Origin: Gammaproteobacteria bacterium
GTDB taxonomy: Bacteria; Pseudomonadota; Gammaproteobacteria; UBA1113
DNA: 59,736 nt
Direction: 5' to 3'
Assembly: GCA_021156165.1 (NCBI GenBank)
Contig: JAJNBM010000004.1
Location: forward strand, 1 to 59,736
Shown: positions 28,791 to 38,497 of the stretch, piece after piece
How positions within the stretch are numbered: position 1 is the stretch's first letter
Layout of the letters: every line of letters begins with the position of its first letter
Notes under the pieces: model-generated
What the model was told of the DNA's origin: nothing
Seen by the model: the letters and a program-made list of their open reading frames with translations, nothing else
Databases searched by the model: none
Made by a program: the position numbers and the translations under genes

Positions 28791-29849
28791 TTAACTTCCC
28801 AAAACTTGTGAAATAGCGTAAGTTCCCATCACCATCAATCCAGCCACACCAGCACCCAAAGCTAAAATAAGCGAGCCTAACAGCTTAGCCACTTTATTCA
28901 GCATGGCCATGCTGTTCAGTGTGGCTTGCTTACCCTGGCGCACCAAGGCATGTTCAAAGCCCTTGGCCTCAGCGATAGCGCGTAGACGTATAATATTCAC
29001 GCGATCAATTAAGCCCGTATCCAATACATCGGCAATATTGCCTTCGCCCTTACCCAAACGTCGTTCCATTAAGCGCATATGAAAACGCAAGTAAGTACTG
29101 GCTTGGCTGGAAATTAAAGTTAAGGCTTGCTTAAACACCACCCCATTCAATACCAATAATCCCAACGTTTCCATAAAACTGCCCGCCGCCAACTTGCGAT
29201 AAAGACTCAACAGCGGTAATTTGTCTATAGTGTCGCGGCCCGGACCGATATAGGTTTTCAGTACTATATTAAGCCCTATAATAAACCCAATAATTCCTAA
29301 AACAATTAGCCACCAGTCATCGGTTAAAAATTGGGCTAAGTTGTATAATACCTGACCGCTTGTTGGCCATATAGAGACAGGCTTAATTACGGCAAATTGC
29401 TCCAAAATGCCGCCCTTGCTGTTAAAACTCATGACAATACCGCAGGCAAAACTCAATACTACTAATGGATAAGTTAACTCGGAGAAGAGAGTGGATACCA
29501 CCGCTGAACGCTGCCCTAAGGCTTCCGCTGCCACACGTATATTGTGCACCATGGTGCCGCCTTGCTCACCGATACGCACTAGCTCGACGACATAATGCGG
29601 AAACCAACCCACCATGCCATCGGAAAAAGATTGTCCTTGAGCCAGTGAGCGGCGGATACTTTTAGCCGCTTTTTTCGCTGATCCTTCTAACACGCTTTCC
29701 AGTACGTCAATGGCCTTATTGGCGGGCACACCGTCTTCTACCAAGGTAGCCAAATCTTCTAAAAAACTTTGCTGATCTCCCCCGCGGAATAACATATAAT
29801 CTAACTTGGAGTCCTTGGAGTCTTTTTTGGAAAATTCTTCTTTGGCCAT
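28791..29849 (-). CDS. type IV pilus / T2SS-F family inner-membrane platform protein (PilR/BfpE/TcpE-like)
   Basis: two GspF-type repeats (L.TLVEDGVP...GEQGG; L.LLVLNGV..KQAL), three TM segments, adjacent pilins. Confidence 0.85.
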   Translation of the reverse strand: MAKEEFSKKDSKDSKLDYMLFRGGDQQSFLEDLATLVEDGVPANKAIDVLESVLEGSAKKAAKSIRRSLAQGQSFSDGMVGWFPHYVVELVRIGEQGGTMVHNIRVAAEALGQRSAVVSTLFSELTYPLVVLSFACGIVMSFNSKGGILEQFAVIKPVSIWPTSGQVLYNLAQFLTDDWWLIVLGIIGFIIGLNIVLKTYIGPGRDTIDKLPLLSLYRKLAAGSFMETLGLLVLNGVVFKQALTLISSQASTYLRFHMRLMERRLGKGEGNIADVLDTGLIDRVNIIRLRAIAEAKGFEHALVRQGKQATLNSMAMLNKVAKLLGSLILALGAGVAGLMVMGTYAISQVLGS

Positions 29850-30015
29850 AAAGCGGGTTTATCCTTTTTTCAATTGGTTTATGTGTGAATAAGCATAGAG
29901 TATATTAGGGGAAATAGCCAATTTTATATTCGGTTTAGAGCTCTTTTGCTAGGCTATAGACCATTTTATTAAAGCTAGCTTAATACAGTTTTCTGGATCG
30001 CTATGTACAGCAATG

Positions 30016-30095
30016 TTGTCCTCTTCGCGCAGTGGGGAAGAAGCGCAAAAACTTAAATTGAAGCTGGATCGCCTGCCTTCGGCCGAGGATGACAA
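30016..30095. repeat. degenerate palindromic element (TTGTCCTC..GCGCAG / CTGGATC..GAGGATGACAA; RPE/dRS3-like)
   Basis: imperfect inverted arms ending in GTC/GAC like the 35220 family. Confidence 0.45.
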
Positions 30096-30251
30096 TACCT
30101 TCGTTTTTAAACCTACAACAGGGTGGACACAGTTCTGGGAGCCTTCTCGATTGCCTCCTACGGCAGGGCATAATGTGCATCCATGCGCTACTGACAAACC
30201 CCTTGCGAAACGATATAATAGCCTTCCATATAAACGGGTACTTTATTGAAC

Positions 30252-32012
30252 ATGAAACAAGAAATCGGCCACCTCATTGAAAGCGCATTAGCTGCCCTGC
30301 GAAAGCAAGGCTTAGTACCCGCAGATATTCACCCTAACATCCAGATTGAACATACCCGCGATAAGCAATTTGGTGATTTTGCCTGCAATATCGCCATGCT
30401 ATTAGCCAAACCGCTGCAATTAGCACCGCGTGCGGTAGCTGAACACATTATTGCTCATTTGCCGCAACATCCCCTTATCCGCCGGGTGGACATTGCTGGT
30501 CCCGGGTTTATTAATTTCTTTGTGGAAACCCAGGGCTTTTTGGCGGTCATTCCCCGAGTTTTAGAGCAAAAAGAACGCTATGGCAACAGCGCCTTAGGCC
30601 AAAATGAATCGGTTTACTTAGAATTCGTATCTGCCAACCCTACTGGCCCCTTACACGTAGGTCATGGCCGTGGTGCCGCTTATGGTGATACTTTAGGCAA
30701 TTTATTAAGCAGTCAAGGGTATGCAGTACATCGCGAATATTACGTCAATGATGCCGGACGGCAAATGAATATTCTCGCTTTAAGTGTTTGGCTGCGTTAT
30801 TTAGAACTGTGCGGCGAAACTTTCGTATTCCCTACGAACGCGTATAAGGGCGATTATGTCATCGCAATAGCGCAACAATTAAAAGAAATGCATCAAAACG
30901 AGCTTCAACGTGCTACCACCGCTTGGTGGCATAACATTACCCCCGACGAGGGTGAAACCAATGGCGATAAAGATAAACACGTAGACGATCTAGGCAACGC
31001 CATGAAAAAAACTTTAGGTGCAAGCAACTACGATATTATATTTAATTTAGCCTTAAACACTGTATTAGCCGATATACGCGATGATTTAGACGGCTTTGGC
31101 GTGCACTTTGATCAGTGGTTTTCTGAAAAACAATTGATGCAACAAGGACTGTTACAGCAGGGCATAGATCAGTTAAAAGTTTTAGGTCACACTTATGAGC
31201 AAGCAGGTAATCTATGGTTTAAAGCCACTGAATTTGGCGACGAAAAAGATCGCGTTTTAGTGCGTAAAAACGGCCAACCCACTTATTTTGCTTCGGATGT
31301 CGCTTATCATGTTTTAAAATTTTCTAAAGCAACGCGCATTATTGATATACTGGGCGCTGATCACCACGGTTACGCGCCACGCATTAGAGCCGTCCTGCGC
31401 GCCTTAAATTTAGACTGCAATCGTTTGGCGGTAGAACTCATTCAATTTGCGGTATTGTACAGGGGTAAAGAACGAGTACAAATGTCTACTCGTAGCGGCT
31501 CCTTTGTCACCTTACGTGCTTTAAGAGAAGAAGTCGGTCGGGATGCGGCGCGCTTTTTTTATGTAGCACGACGCCATGAACAGCACATGGATTTTGATTT
31601 GGATTTAGCAAAATCTAAAAGCAACGATAATCCCGTATATTATATTCAATATGCCCACGCGCGTATTTGCAGTGTCTTTAGGCAATTGCAAGCACAAGGA
31701 CTAGAGTATAACGAACGCGAAGGTTTAGCGCATTTGGAAGCATTGAACCTAGATGAAGAAAAAGAATTGTGTGAAAGTTTAAACCGCTATCCAGCGTTAT
31801 TAGAACAAGCCGCCTTACAATACGAGCCGCATTTAATTGCGCATTTTCTAAAAACACTGGCGGCACAGTTTCATACTTATTATAATTCGCACCAATTTTT
31901 GGTGACGGACAGTATGCTGCGGAATGCGCGCTTGTGCTTAATTGGCGCCATACGATACGTTTTACAGCATGGATTAACCCTACTTGGGGTAAGTTACCCG
32001 GAAGTTATGTAA
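30252..32012 (+). CDS. argS: arginine--tRNA ligase
   Basis: AGPGFIN, EFVSANPTGPLHVGH, MSTRSG, YIQYAHAR, terminal PEVM. Confidence 0.98.
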   Translation: MKQEIGHLIESALAALRKQGLVPADIHPNIQIEHTRDKQFGDFACNIAMLLAKPLQLAPRAVAEHIIAHLPQHPLIRRVDIAGPGFINFFVETQGFLAVIPRVLEQKERYGNSALGQNESVYLEFVSANPTGPLHVGHGRGAAYGDTLGNLLSSQGYAVHREYYVNDAGRQMNILALSVWLRYLELCGETFVFPTNAYKGDYVIAIAQQLKEMHQNELQRATTAWWHNITPDEGETNGDKDKHVDDLGNAMKKTLGASNYDIIFNLALNTVLADIRDDLDGFGVHFDQWFSEKQLMQQGLLQQGIDQLKVLGHTYEQAGNLWFKATEFGDEKDRVLVRKNGQPTYFASDVAYHVLKFSKATRIIDILGADHHGYAPRIRAVLRALNLDCNRLAVELIQFAVLYRGKERVQMSTRSGSFVTLRALREEVGRDAARFFYVARRHEQHMDFDLDLAKSKSNDNPVYYIQYAHARICSVFRQLQAQGLEYNEREGLAHLEALNLDEEKELCESLNRYPALLEQAALQYEPHLIAHFLKTLAAQFHTYYNSHQFLVTDSMLRNARLCLIGAIRYVLQHGLTLLGVSYPEVM

Positions 32013-32034
32013 ATAAAAAAGGAACCTGACTTTT

Positions 32035-32706
32035 ATGGCTACAGCTAAAAGAAAACGCGCAACCCCCTCGTCTAGTTCTAGGCGCCGTAGAAGCAATAAC
32101 CGCGGCGGTTCAAAGTTTACCTATTATGCAGTCTTATTAGTCATTGGCGCTGCCGCGATTGTTTTTTACGATCGCTATATAACGCCGCTACCCTTGTTAT
32201 CCACACATCCGCAAAAAATAGTGGCAAGCAAGTCTAAGTCCAAAAGCGCTTTTGTAGAGCCAGATTATCAATTTTATACCTTACTACCGCAAGGCAATGG
32301 TACACAGAAATCTACTGCTGCCACGCCAGTGGCGGCAAAACATGCCGCCACAACTACCCCTGTTGCTGCTGCCAGTGCTCAAAGCCCAACACCCACTGCA
32401 ACGACCCCATCCGCTGCAAAAACCCCTGCACCCATTACAGCCGCTACTCCGACCGTGGTCACACCGCCTAACCATCATTATGTTTTACAACTCGCCGCTT
32501 TTAGACGTTATCAAGACGCGGATGAATTAAAAGCGAAATTGATTTTGCAAGGCTATCCTACCACCATCAGCAGTGCTACTGTAAATGGCACGCAGTGGTA
32601 TAGGCTGTCCATCGGTTCTTACACTACCCTTGACGACGCTAAAATTGTACAAGCAAAATTAGAACAAACACACTTAGTCCGTCATACCCAGGTTATTCCG
32701 CAATGA
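32035..32706 (+). CDS. SPOR domain protein (FtsN-like)
   Basis: basic N-terminus, TM, YQFYTLLP, Ala/Thr/Pro linker, C-terminal SPOR (LQLAAF..WYR..IG); follows argS. Confidence 0.88.
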   Translation: MATAKRKRATPSSSSRRRRSNNRGGSKFTYYAVLLVIGAAAIVFYDRYITPLPLLSTHPQKIVASKSKSKSAFVEPDYQFYTLLPQGNGTQKSTAATPVAAKHAATTTPVAAASAQSPTPTATTPSAAKTPAPITAATPTVVTPPNHHYVLQLAAFRRYQDADELKAKLILQGYPTTISSATVNGTQWYRLSIGSYTTLDDAKIVQAKLEQTHLVRHTQVIPQ

Positions 32707-33434
32707 AGAGATTACCCCTCCGTTTTGCGTGGATTATGCTGTGCTCTGCCAGCACAACGGCCTATTATTCTCTAAAAACTATTTTTTATGCCCATAAAAA
32801 GCCACCCAGCAGACCAAAATTAGATGCAATCATTACCGCTTGGGCGCGATCTTTATTGAATATCATCCAGCTAAAATACGATATTATTGACACACATGCT
32901 ATTCAATTCCAAGAACACACGCCGTACATCTTCATGAGCAACCACTTAAGCTTATACGATATTCCATTATTGTTGGTCTCTTTACCCGGCACGGTACGTA
33001 TGGTAGCGAAGAAAGAATTATTTAAGGTGCCCTTGTGGGGCGATGCTATGCAACAAAGTGATTTTGTAGCCATAGATCGCGAAAATGGTACACAAGCCAT
33101 AAAAGATTTAGAACTAGCCGCCCAGAAAATGACGCAGGGTATTCGCCTGTGGATAGCGCCTGAAGGGACCCGTTCGCACGACGGTCAATTACAGGCTTTT
33201 AAAAAGGGCGCTTTTAACCTAGCCATCCAAACCGGTGCTACCATTATTCCTGTGACTATCATCGGTACCGATAAATTACTGCCCGCAAAAACATGGCGGT
33301 TTCGTTTAGGGCAAAAAGTGTCGGTGTATTTGGGCGCACCCATAGACGCCAAGCAATATACTTTACGCGATCGCATGAAGTTATTACAGCGAGTGCGTGA
33401 TGCAATTGCAGCGCCGTTAGGTGGGGAGAAATAG
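32703..33434 (+). CDS. plsC: 1-acyl-sn-glycerol-3-phosphate acyltransferase
   Basis: SNHLSLYD, AKKEL, IDR, PEGTRS, FKKGAF. Confidence 0.88.
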   Translation: MKRLPLRFAWIMLCSASTTAYYSLKTIFYAHKKPPSRPKLDAIITAWARSLLNIIQLKYDIIDTHAIQFQEHTPYIFMSNHLSLYDIPLLLVSLPGTVRMVAKKELFKVPLWGDAMQQSDFVAIDRENGTQAIKDLELAAQKMTQGIRLWIAPEGTRSHDGQLQAFKKGAFNLAIQTGATIIPVTIIGTDKLLPAKTWRFRLGQKVSVYLGAPIDAKQYTLRDRMKLLQRVRDAIAAPLGGEK

Positions 33435-33557
33435 CCCCTGTTTCAGCGTAAAATTAGGGTTTGTTTTCTTTGAATTTATATGAAAAAGCTTCTGGCAGCA
33501 CGCAGCTACCCGTCCTACAGTGAGACTAATAAAGTAAAGCGACACTTACAAACCCAG

Positions 33558-33615
33558 GATTTTTACCTCTGGATGGCTTCGCCTTGTTCGCTGAGCTCAC
33601 TGGCTCGCAATGACA
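33558..33615. repeat. variant half copy of RPE-like palindrome
   Basis: GATTTTTACCTCTGGATGGCTTCG...GCTCGCAATGAC matches 35322-35360 with an internal insertion. Confidence 0.7.
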
Positions 33616-33760
33616 AACTTCGCGAACAGTAACTTATCGTGCAATTTAATAGTTCGAGCAAGCATTATCAAGTCACTTCTTTAAAAGTGAATTTGCATGA
33701 CCTTATTTTAGGATGATACACTAACTTCATATAACCACAGCCCCTAGAGATGTTCTATTT

Positions 33761-35188
33761 ATGTCTACCGCTACCCCCGCCCCTACACACCGCAAGGTTT
33801 TATCTGTCTTTACCCTAGTCATGATCAACGTCATCGCGGTGGATAGCCTAAGAAGCTTGCCGATTAATGCCGAATTTGGCACTAGCTTAATTTTTTACTA
33901 TGTATTAGCGGCTTTGTTATTCTTCTTTCCCGTCTCTTTTGTGGCTGCCGAGCTGGCTACAGGCTGGCCGCAAACGGGCGGCATTTACATTTGGGTACGC
34001 GAAGCCTTTGGCAAACGTTGGGGCTTTGTCACTATTTGGCTACAGTGGTTTTATAACATAGTCTGGTATCCCACCATTTTGGCTTTTGTGGCCACTGCCC
34101 TGGCCTATTTATTCAACCCAGCACTCGCCCACAGTAAAACGTATCTCATCAGCGTCTTGCTAGGCAGTTTCTGGGTGACAACTTTAATCAATTGTGGCGG
34201 CATACAACTATCCAGCTGGGTCAGCACCATTGGTGCCATCGTCGGCACGCTACTACCACTCGCCTTTTTAATTATATTGGCCGTCGTATGGTTGTTATCA
34301 GGTCACCCTAGTCAAATTGATTTTCATTGGCATTCCTTCATTCCCACGCATCACACGAGCGGCGATCTGGCTTTCTTAGTGGCAGTATTATTTGGTTTAC
34401 TGGGCATGGAAATGTCCGCTACCCATGCCGAAAATGTGCGCCATCCCAAACGCGATTACCCTAAAGCCATTGCCTATTCCGCTTTAATTATTTTATTGTC
34501 TTTAGCCCTATCTTCTCTGGCTATTGCCATCGTTATTCCTAAACAGCAACTCGATTTGGTTTCTGGTCTAATTGATGCTTTTGTCGCTTTCTTAACGCCC
34601 TTTCATTTACAATCATTCACACCGTGGCTTATTTTAATGATCATCCTCGGCGCTCTTTGCAGTGTTTCGACTTGGGTTATAGGGCCAGTGCGAGGGCTTA
34701 TGGTTGCAATTGAAGATGAGTGTTTACCAGCCTGGCTCAGTTATACAAATAAAAAAGAAGCGCCTGTGACTTTGCTATTGTTACAAGCCGTTATTTTTAG
34801 CTTGATTTCTCTTACCTTTGTTTATATGCCCACAATACAAAGTTCATATTGGATATTATCGGCATTGGCAGCACAGTTGGCGATGATCGTCTATGTCTTT
34901 ATGTTCGCCGCCGCTATTTATCTGCGTTATAAATATCCTTTACACTACCGCACCTATAATGTGCCTGGCGGCACGGCAGGCATGTGGATTTTAAGCGGGA
35001 TGGGGGCTATAACTTGTATAGTGACTATAATCTTGGGTCTAGCGCCCCCTACGGGTATAGACGTAGGCAACACCTGGAATTACCCGTTTAAGTTATTAGG
35101 TGGCATTATCTTATGCGTGCTAATTCCGCTGGCCTTGTTTCAAAAAGCGTGTTTGGTAGACCCTGTAGAAAATAAAGAAACCACGTAA
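33761..35188 (+). CDS. APC family amino acid permease (GadC-like)
   Basis: AELAT..P..GGIY.WV.EAFG, G.E..A.HA..V..P.RDYP; about 12 TMs. Confidence 0.92.
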   Translation: MSTATPAPTHRKVLSVFTLVMINVIAVDSLRSLPINAEFGTSLIFYYVLAALLFFFPVSFVAAELATGWPQTGGIYIWVREAFGKRWGFVTIWLQWFYNIVWYPTILAFVATALAYLFNPALAHSKTYLISVLLGSFWVTTLINCGGIQLSSWVSTIGAIVGTLLPLAFLIILAVVWLLSGHPSQIDFHWHSFIPTHHTSGDLAFLVAVLFGLLGMEMSATHAENVRHPKRDYPKAIAYSALIILLSLALSSLAIAIVIPKQQLDLVSGLIDAFVAFLTPFHLQSFTPWLILMIILGALCSVSTWVIGPVRGLMVAIEDECLPAWLSYTNKKEAPVTLLLLQAVIFSLISLTFVYMPTIQSSYWILSALAAQLAMIVYVFMFAAAIYLRYKYPLHYRTYNVPGGTAGMWILSGMGAITCIVTIILGLAPPTGIDVGNTWNYPFKLLGGIILCVLIPLALFQKACLVDPVENKETT

Positions 35189-35219
35189 AGTCTAGGCGTA
35201 ATATTCAATTGCTCAGGCC

Positions 35220-35361
35220 CGTCATTGCGAGCTTGCGAAGCAATCCAGTAAAACTTGGAACAATGAAACGAATAGCTCTTACCCTAAGGCTGATAAACAA
35301 CGTGGGGTCTTATAAAACAGCGATTTTTACCCCTGGATTGCTTCGCAAGCTCGCAATGACG
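35220..35361. repeat. complete RPE-like / MITE-like element with 29-bp perfect inverted arms
   Basis: CGTCATTGCGAGCTTGCGAAGCAATCCAG ... CTGGATTGCTTCGCAAGCTCGCAATGACG between convergent genes. Confidence 0.9.
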
Positions 35362-35407
35362 ACTCCCAGGCTAAAAAAGCGTTACTTCGGGCCTAAAATA
35401 ATTGCCA

Positions 35408-36817
35408 TTAACTACTATAATACAGATCAAACTCCAACGGATGCGTCATCATAGACACTTGCTTCGCTTCTTTTGCTTTTAAAGCTATATAAGCATCGAT
35501 AATGTCGTTGCTAAATACCTCGCCTGCTAACAAAAAGCTGCGGTCGGCGTCTAAAGCATCTAATGCTTGAAATAAACTATCTGCTACGGTAGGAATATCC
35601 TGCATTTCTTCGGGTGGCAAATGGTATAAATCTTTGTCTATAGGCTCACCGGGATGAATTTTATTTTGGATACCATCTAACCCCGCCATCAACATGGCAG
35701 CAAAAGCCAAGTAGGGATTACATATCGCATCTGGAAAGCGAACCTCAATCCGCCTAGCTTTAGGGCTAGGTGTAAACGGCACGCGTATAGAAGCAGAACG
35801 ATTGCGGGCTGAATAGGCTAACATTACTGGCGCTTCAAATCCCGGTACTAAACGCCTATAACTGTTCGTAGAGGGATTGGTTAAAGCATTTAAGGCACGC
35901 GCATGTTTGATAATACCGCCTACATAATATAAAGCCGTTTCAGAAAGTCCTGCGTACTCTTCTCCGGAAAATAGATTAACACCATTCTTCATCAAGGATT
36001 GATGGCAATGCATACCACTGCCGTTGTCTCCCACCAATGGCTTTGGCATAAAGGTTGCCGTTTTACCATATAAGTGTGCCACGTTATGTACTACATATTT
36101 AAAAATTTGCATCTCATCCGCTTTCTTTAGCAAGGTATTAAAACGAGTGCCAATTTCATTTTGATTTCCAGTAGCAACTTCGTGGTGATGCACTTCTACA
36201 ATTAAACCCATCGCCTCCAATGTATTACACATGGCAGAGCGTATATCTTGTGAAGAATCTACTGGCGGCACCGGAAAATAGCCACCTTTCACACCCGGGC
36301 GGTGACCTTTATTACCCTCTTCTAATACATTCCCTGAATTCCATGCACCCTCTACTGAATCTATCTGATAGGAAGCACTGTGCATATTAATAGACCAACG
36401 CACATCATCAAAAATAAAAAATTCTGGCTCCGGCCCAAAATAGCACGTCTCCGCAATGTCGGTAGCCTGTAAATAATTTTCAGCACGCGCCGCTAAAGCC
36501 CGGGGGCAACGCTGATAGGGCAGCATGGTGTTAGGCTCGATCACATTGCAACGAATGTTAAGGGTAGCATCGCTATAAAAAGGATCCATCACGGCTGAAG
36601 CGGCATCCGGTACTAAAACCATGTCGGATTCTTGTATCCCCTTAAAACCGCGTATAGAAGAGGCATCAAACATTTTTCCTTCTGTCCAAAAGTCTGCATC
36701 TACAGCATGTATAGGAATGGTTAAATGCTGTTCTTTACCATCTAGGCCCGTTAACCGTAAATCCACATAACGAACTTCATTTTCTTCGATTAATTTTTTA
36801 ATGGTTTCAACGGTCAT
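35408..36817 (-). CDS. glnA: glutamine synthetase type I
   Basis: [33 protein letters not shown], adenylylation motif DKDLY. Confidence 0.98.
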   Translation of the reverse strand: MTVETIKKLIEENEVRYVDLRLTGLDGKEQHLTIPIHAVDADFWTEGKMFDASSIRGFKGIQESDMVLVPDAASAVMDPFYSDATLNIRCNVIEPNTMLPYQRCPRALAARAENYLQATDIAETCYFGPEPEFFIFDDVRWSINMHSASYQIDSVEGAWNSGNVLEEGNKGHRPGVKGGYFPVPPVDSSQDIRSAMCNTLEAMGLIVEVHHHEVATGNQNEIGTRFNTLLKKADEMQIFKYVVHNVAHLYGKTATFMPKPLVGDNGSGMHCHQSLMKNGVNLFSGEEYAGLSETALYYVGGIIKHARALNALTNPSTNSYRRLVPGFEAPVMLAYSARNRSASIRVPFTPSPKARRIEVRFPDAICNPYLAFAAMLMAGLDGIQNKIHPGEPIDKDLYHLPPEEMQDIPTVADSLFQALDALDADRSFLLAGEVFSNDIIDAYIALKAKEAKQVSMMTHPLEFDLYYSS

Positions 36818-36927
36818 GGCTTACTCCTGGATGGCGGTCTGAATGAATGGCAAAATTATAACATAGTTTTTGGAGGGGAATACAGGGTCAATCTTCTAAT
36901 GGCTCTCACCATGGCGGTACGGTTTTT

Positions 36928-38130
36928 TTATTTCCGCCGCCATTTTATCCGCGCCACACGCCTTTTGCCCACTTGATAGACATGAAAAACATCATTGGGC
37001 ACTGAGTACTTACCATCTTCAAGGCGCTCCCCGTCTATCCGCACCCCACCTTGCTGAATTAAACGCAACGCTTCGGAAGTGCTCGACACTAGATTAGCTT
37101 CTTTTAATAAGGTACAAATCATCATGTTTTCGTCGCTTGAATCTATCTCTATGTCCTCAATCTCATTCGGTAATTGATGTTCCCGAAAACGTGCTATAAA
37201 CGCTTCATGTACTTTTTTAGCCTCTGCTGCGGAATGGAATCGGGTAACTATCTCTTTAGCAAAATCAACTTTTACATCGCGCGGATTACCGCCTTCCTTC
37301 ACAAATTTTTGCCACTGCTGAATTTCACTCAACGATTTTAAGCTTAACAATTCGATATAACGCCACATCAAGTCATCGGAGATCGACATCAGTTTACCAA
37401 ACATACTCTCTGCTGCTTCCTCAATAGCGATGTAATTATCATACGATTTAGACATTTTCCTAACACCGTCTAAACCCTCTAACAAAGGCATGGTGATCAC
37501 CACTTGCGGTGTTTGCCCATAGAGTCGCTGCAATTCTCGTCCCATTAATAAATTAAATTTTTGATCACTGCCGCCCAATTCTATATCCGCTTGCAAAGCC
37601 ACTGAATCGTATCCTTGCACTACAGGGTATAAAAGTTCGTGTAAGGCAATCGCATGTCCATTTTGATAGCGTTGGCTAAAATCTTCTCGTTCTAATATCC
37701 GTGCTACCGTGACCTGTGACGCTAATGCAATTAAATCGGCGGCTGATTGCGTGCCCATCCAACGTGAATTAAATTCGACGATGGTTCTTTTTTTATCTAA
37801 AATTTTATAAATTTGCGTTTCATATGTTTTTGCATTCTCGAGGACTTCGTCTCTAGATAAGGGTTTGCGCGTAACGTTGCGGCCACTCGGATCACCTATG
37901 GTTGCTGTAAAATCCCCAATCAAAAAAATAACATCATGACCGGCTTCCTGAAAATGTTTCATCTTGTGAATAAGCACCGTATGCCCCAGATGCAAATCGG
38001 GTGCCGTGGGATCAAACCCGGCCTTTATGCGTAATTTTTTTCCTTTTTTAAGGCGATCATGTAATTCTTCTTCAATCAAAATCTCATTGGCACCGCGCTT
38101 TAATTCGGCTAGAACTGTATCAATAGACAC
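36928..38130 (-). CDS. tyrS: tyrosine--tRNA ligase
   Basis: [19 protein letters not shown]-terminal S4 domain. Confidence 0.98.
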   Translation of the reverse strand: MSIDTVLAELKRGANEILIEEELHDRLKKGKKLRIKAGFDPTAPDLHLGHTVLIHKMKHFQEAGHDVIFLIGDFTATIGDPSGRNVTRKPLSRDEVLENAKTYETQIYKILDKKRTIVEFNSRWMGTQSAADLIALASQVTVARILEREDFSQRYQNGHAIALHELLYPVVQGYDSVALQADIELGGSDQKFNLLMGRELQRLYGQTPQVVITMPLLEGLDGVRKMSKSYDNYIAIEEAAESMFGKLMSISDDLMWRYIELLSLKSLSEIQQWQKFVKEGGNPRDVKVDFAKEIVTRFHSAAEAKKVHEAFIARFREHQLPNEIEDIEIDSSDENMMICTLLKEANLVSSTSEALRLIQQGGVRIDGERLEDGKYSVPNDVFHVYQVGKRRVARIKWRRK

Positions 38131-38347
38131 CAGAACCCCCTTAAACTGTATATTTTTTGTTTAAACTATCGCCTTAGCCGCCCATGATCGCAAAAAAAAC
38201 GCTTTTTTTCAACCATTCGCGTTGATCTAGTTCTAGCGATACGGTAATATACTCCTATATAGATGCCCACACAAAGCGTTATCGGTAGAATTGCCGTTAT
38301 CGTCAAGTGTACAGGGAATGTAACCCGCGAAAAGGTTATGAGGTATC

Positions 38348-38474
38348 TAAACTCATAGCAGTTGATTTTTAGGCGAGGCGCCTAGCCCTCGAGCACCAGG
38401 AGTGTAGTACCCTACATGACTGGTGTGAGATGGGCGTAGGCAACAAAGCCTAAGAATCAAATGTGAAGAGTTAG
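38348..38474. repeat. ERIC-like element, copy 4 (127 bp)
   Basis: TAAACTCATAGCAGTTG...CACCAGGAG..TGACTGGTGTGAG...CAAATGTGAAGAGTTAG. Confidence 0.85.
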
Positions 38475-38497
38475 GTCAAAGGATTTTAATAAGGTAG

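Noticed and set aside
29949-30280. Three short overlapping ORFs between the platform gene and argS
   Set aside because: They overlap each other, cross a degenerate repeat, and lack an SD or family signal
32300-32470. Ala/Thr/Pro-rich low-complexity stretch
   Set aside because: Ordinary flexible linker of a SPOR protein, not a DNA tandem repeat
35209-35454. 81-aa ORF
   Set aside because: It is a translation of the palindromic repeat (VIASLRSNP...GLLRKLAMT) and overlaps the glnA end
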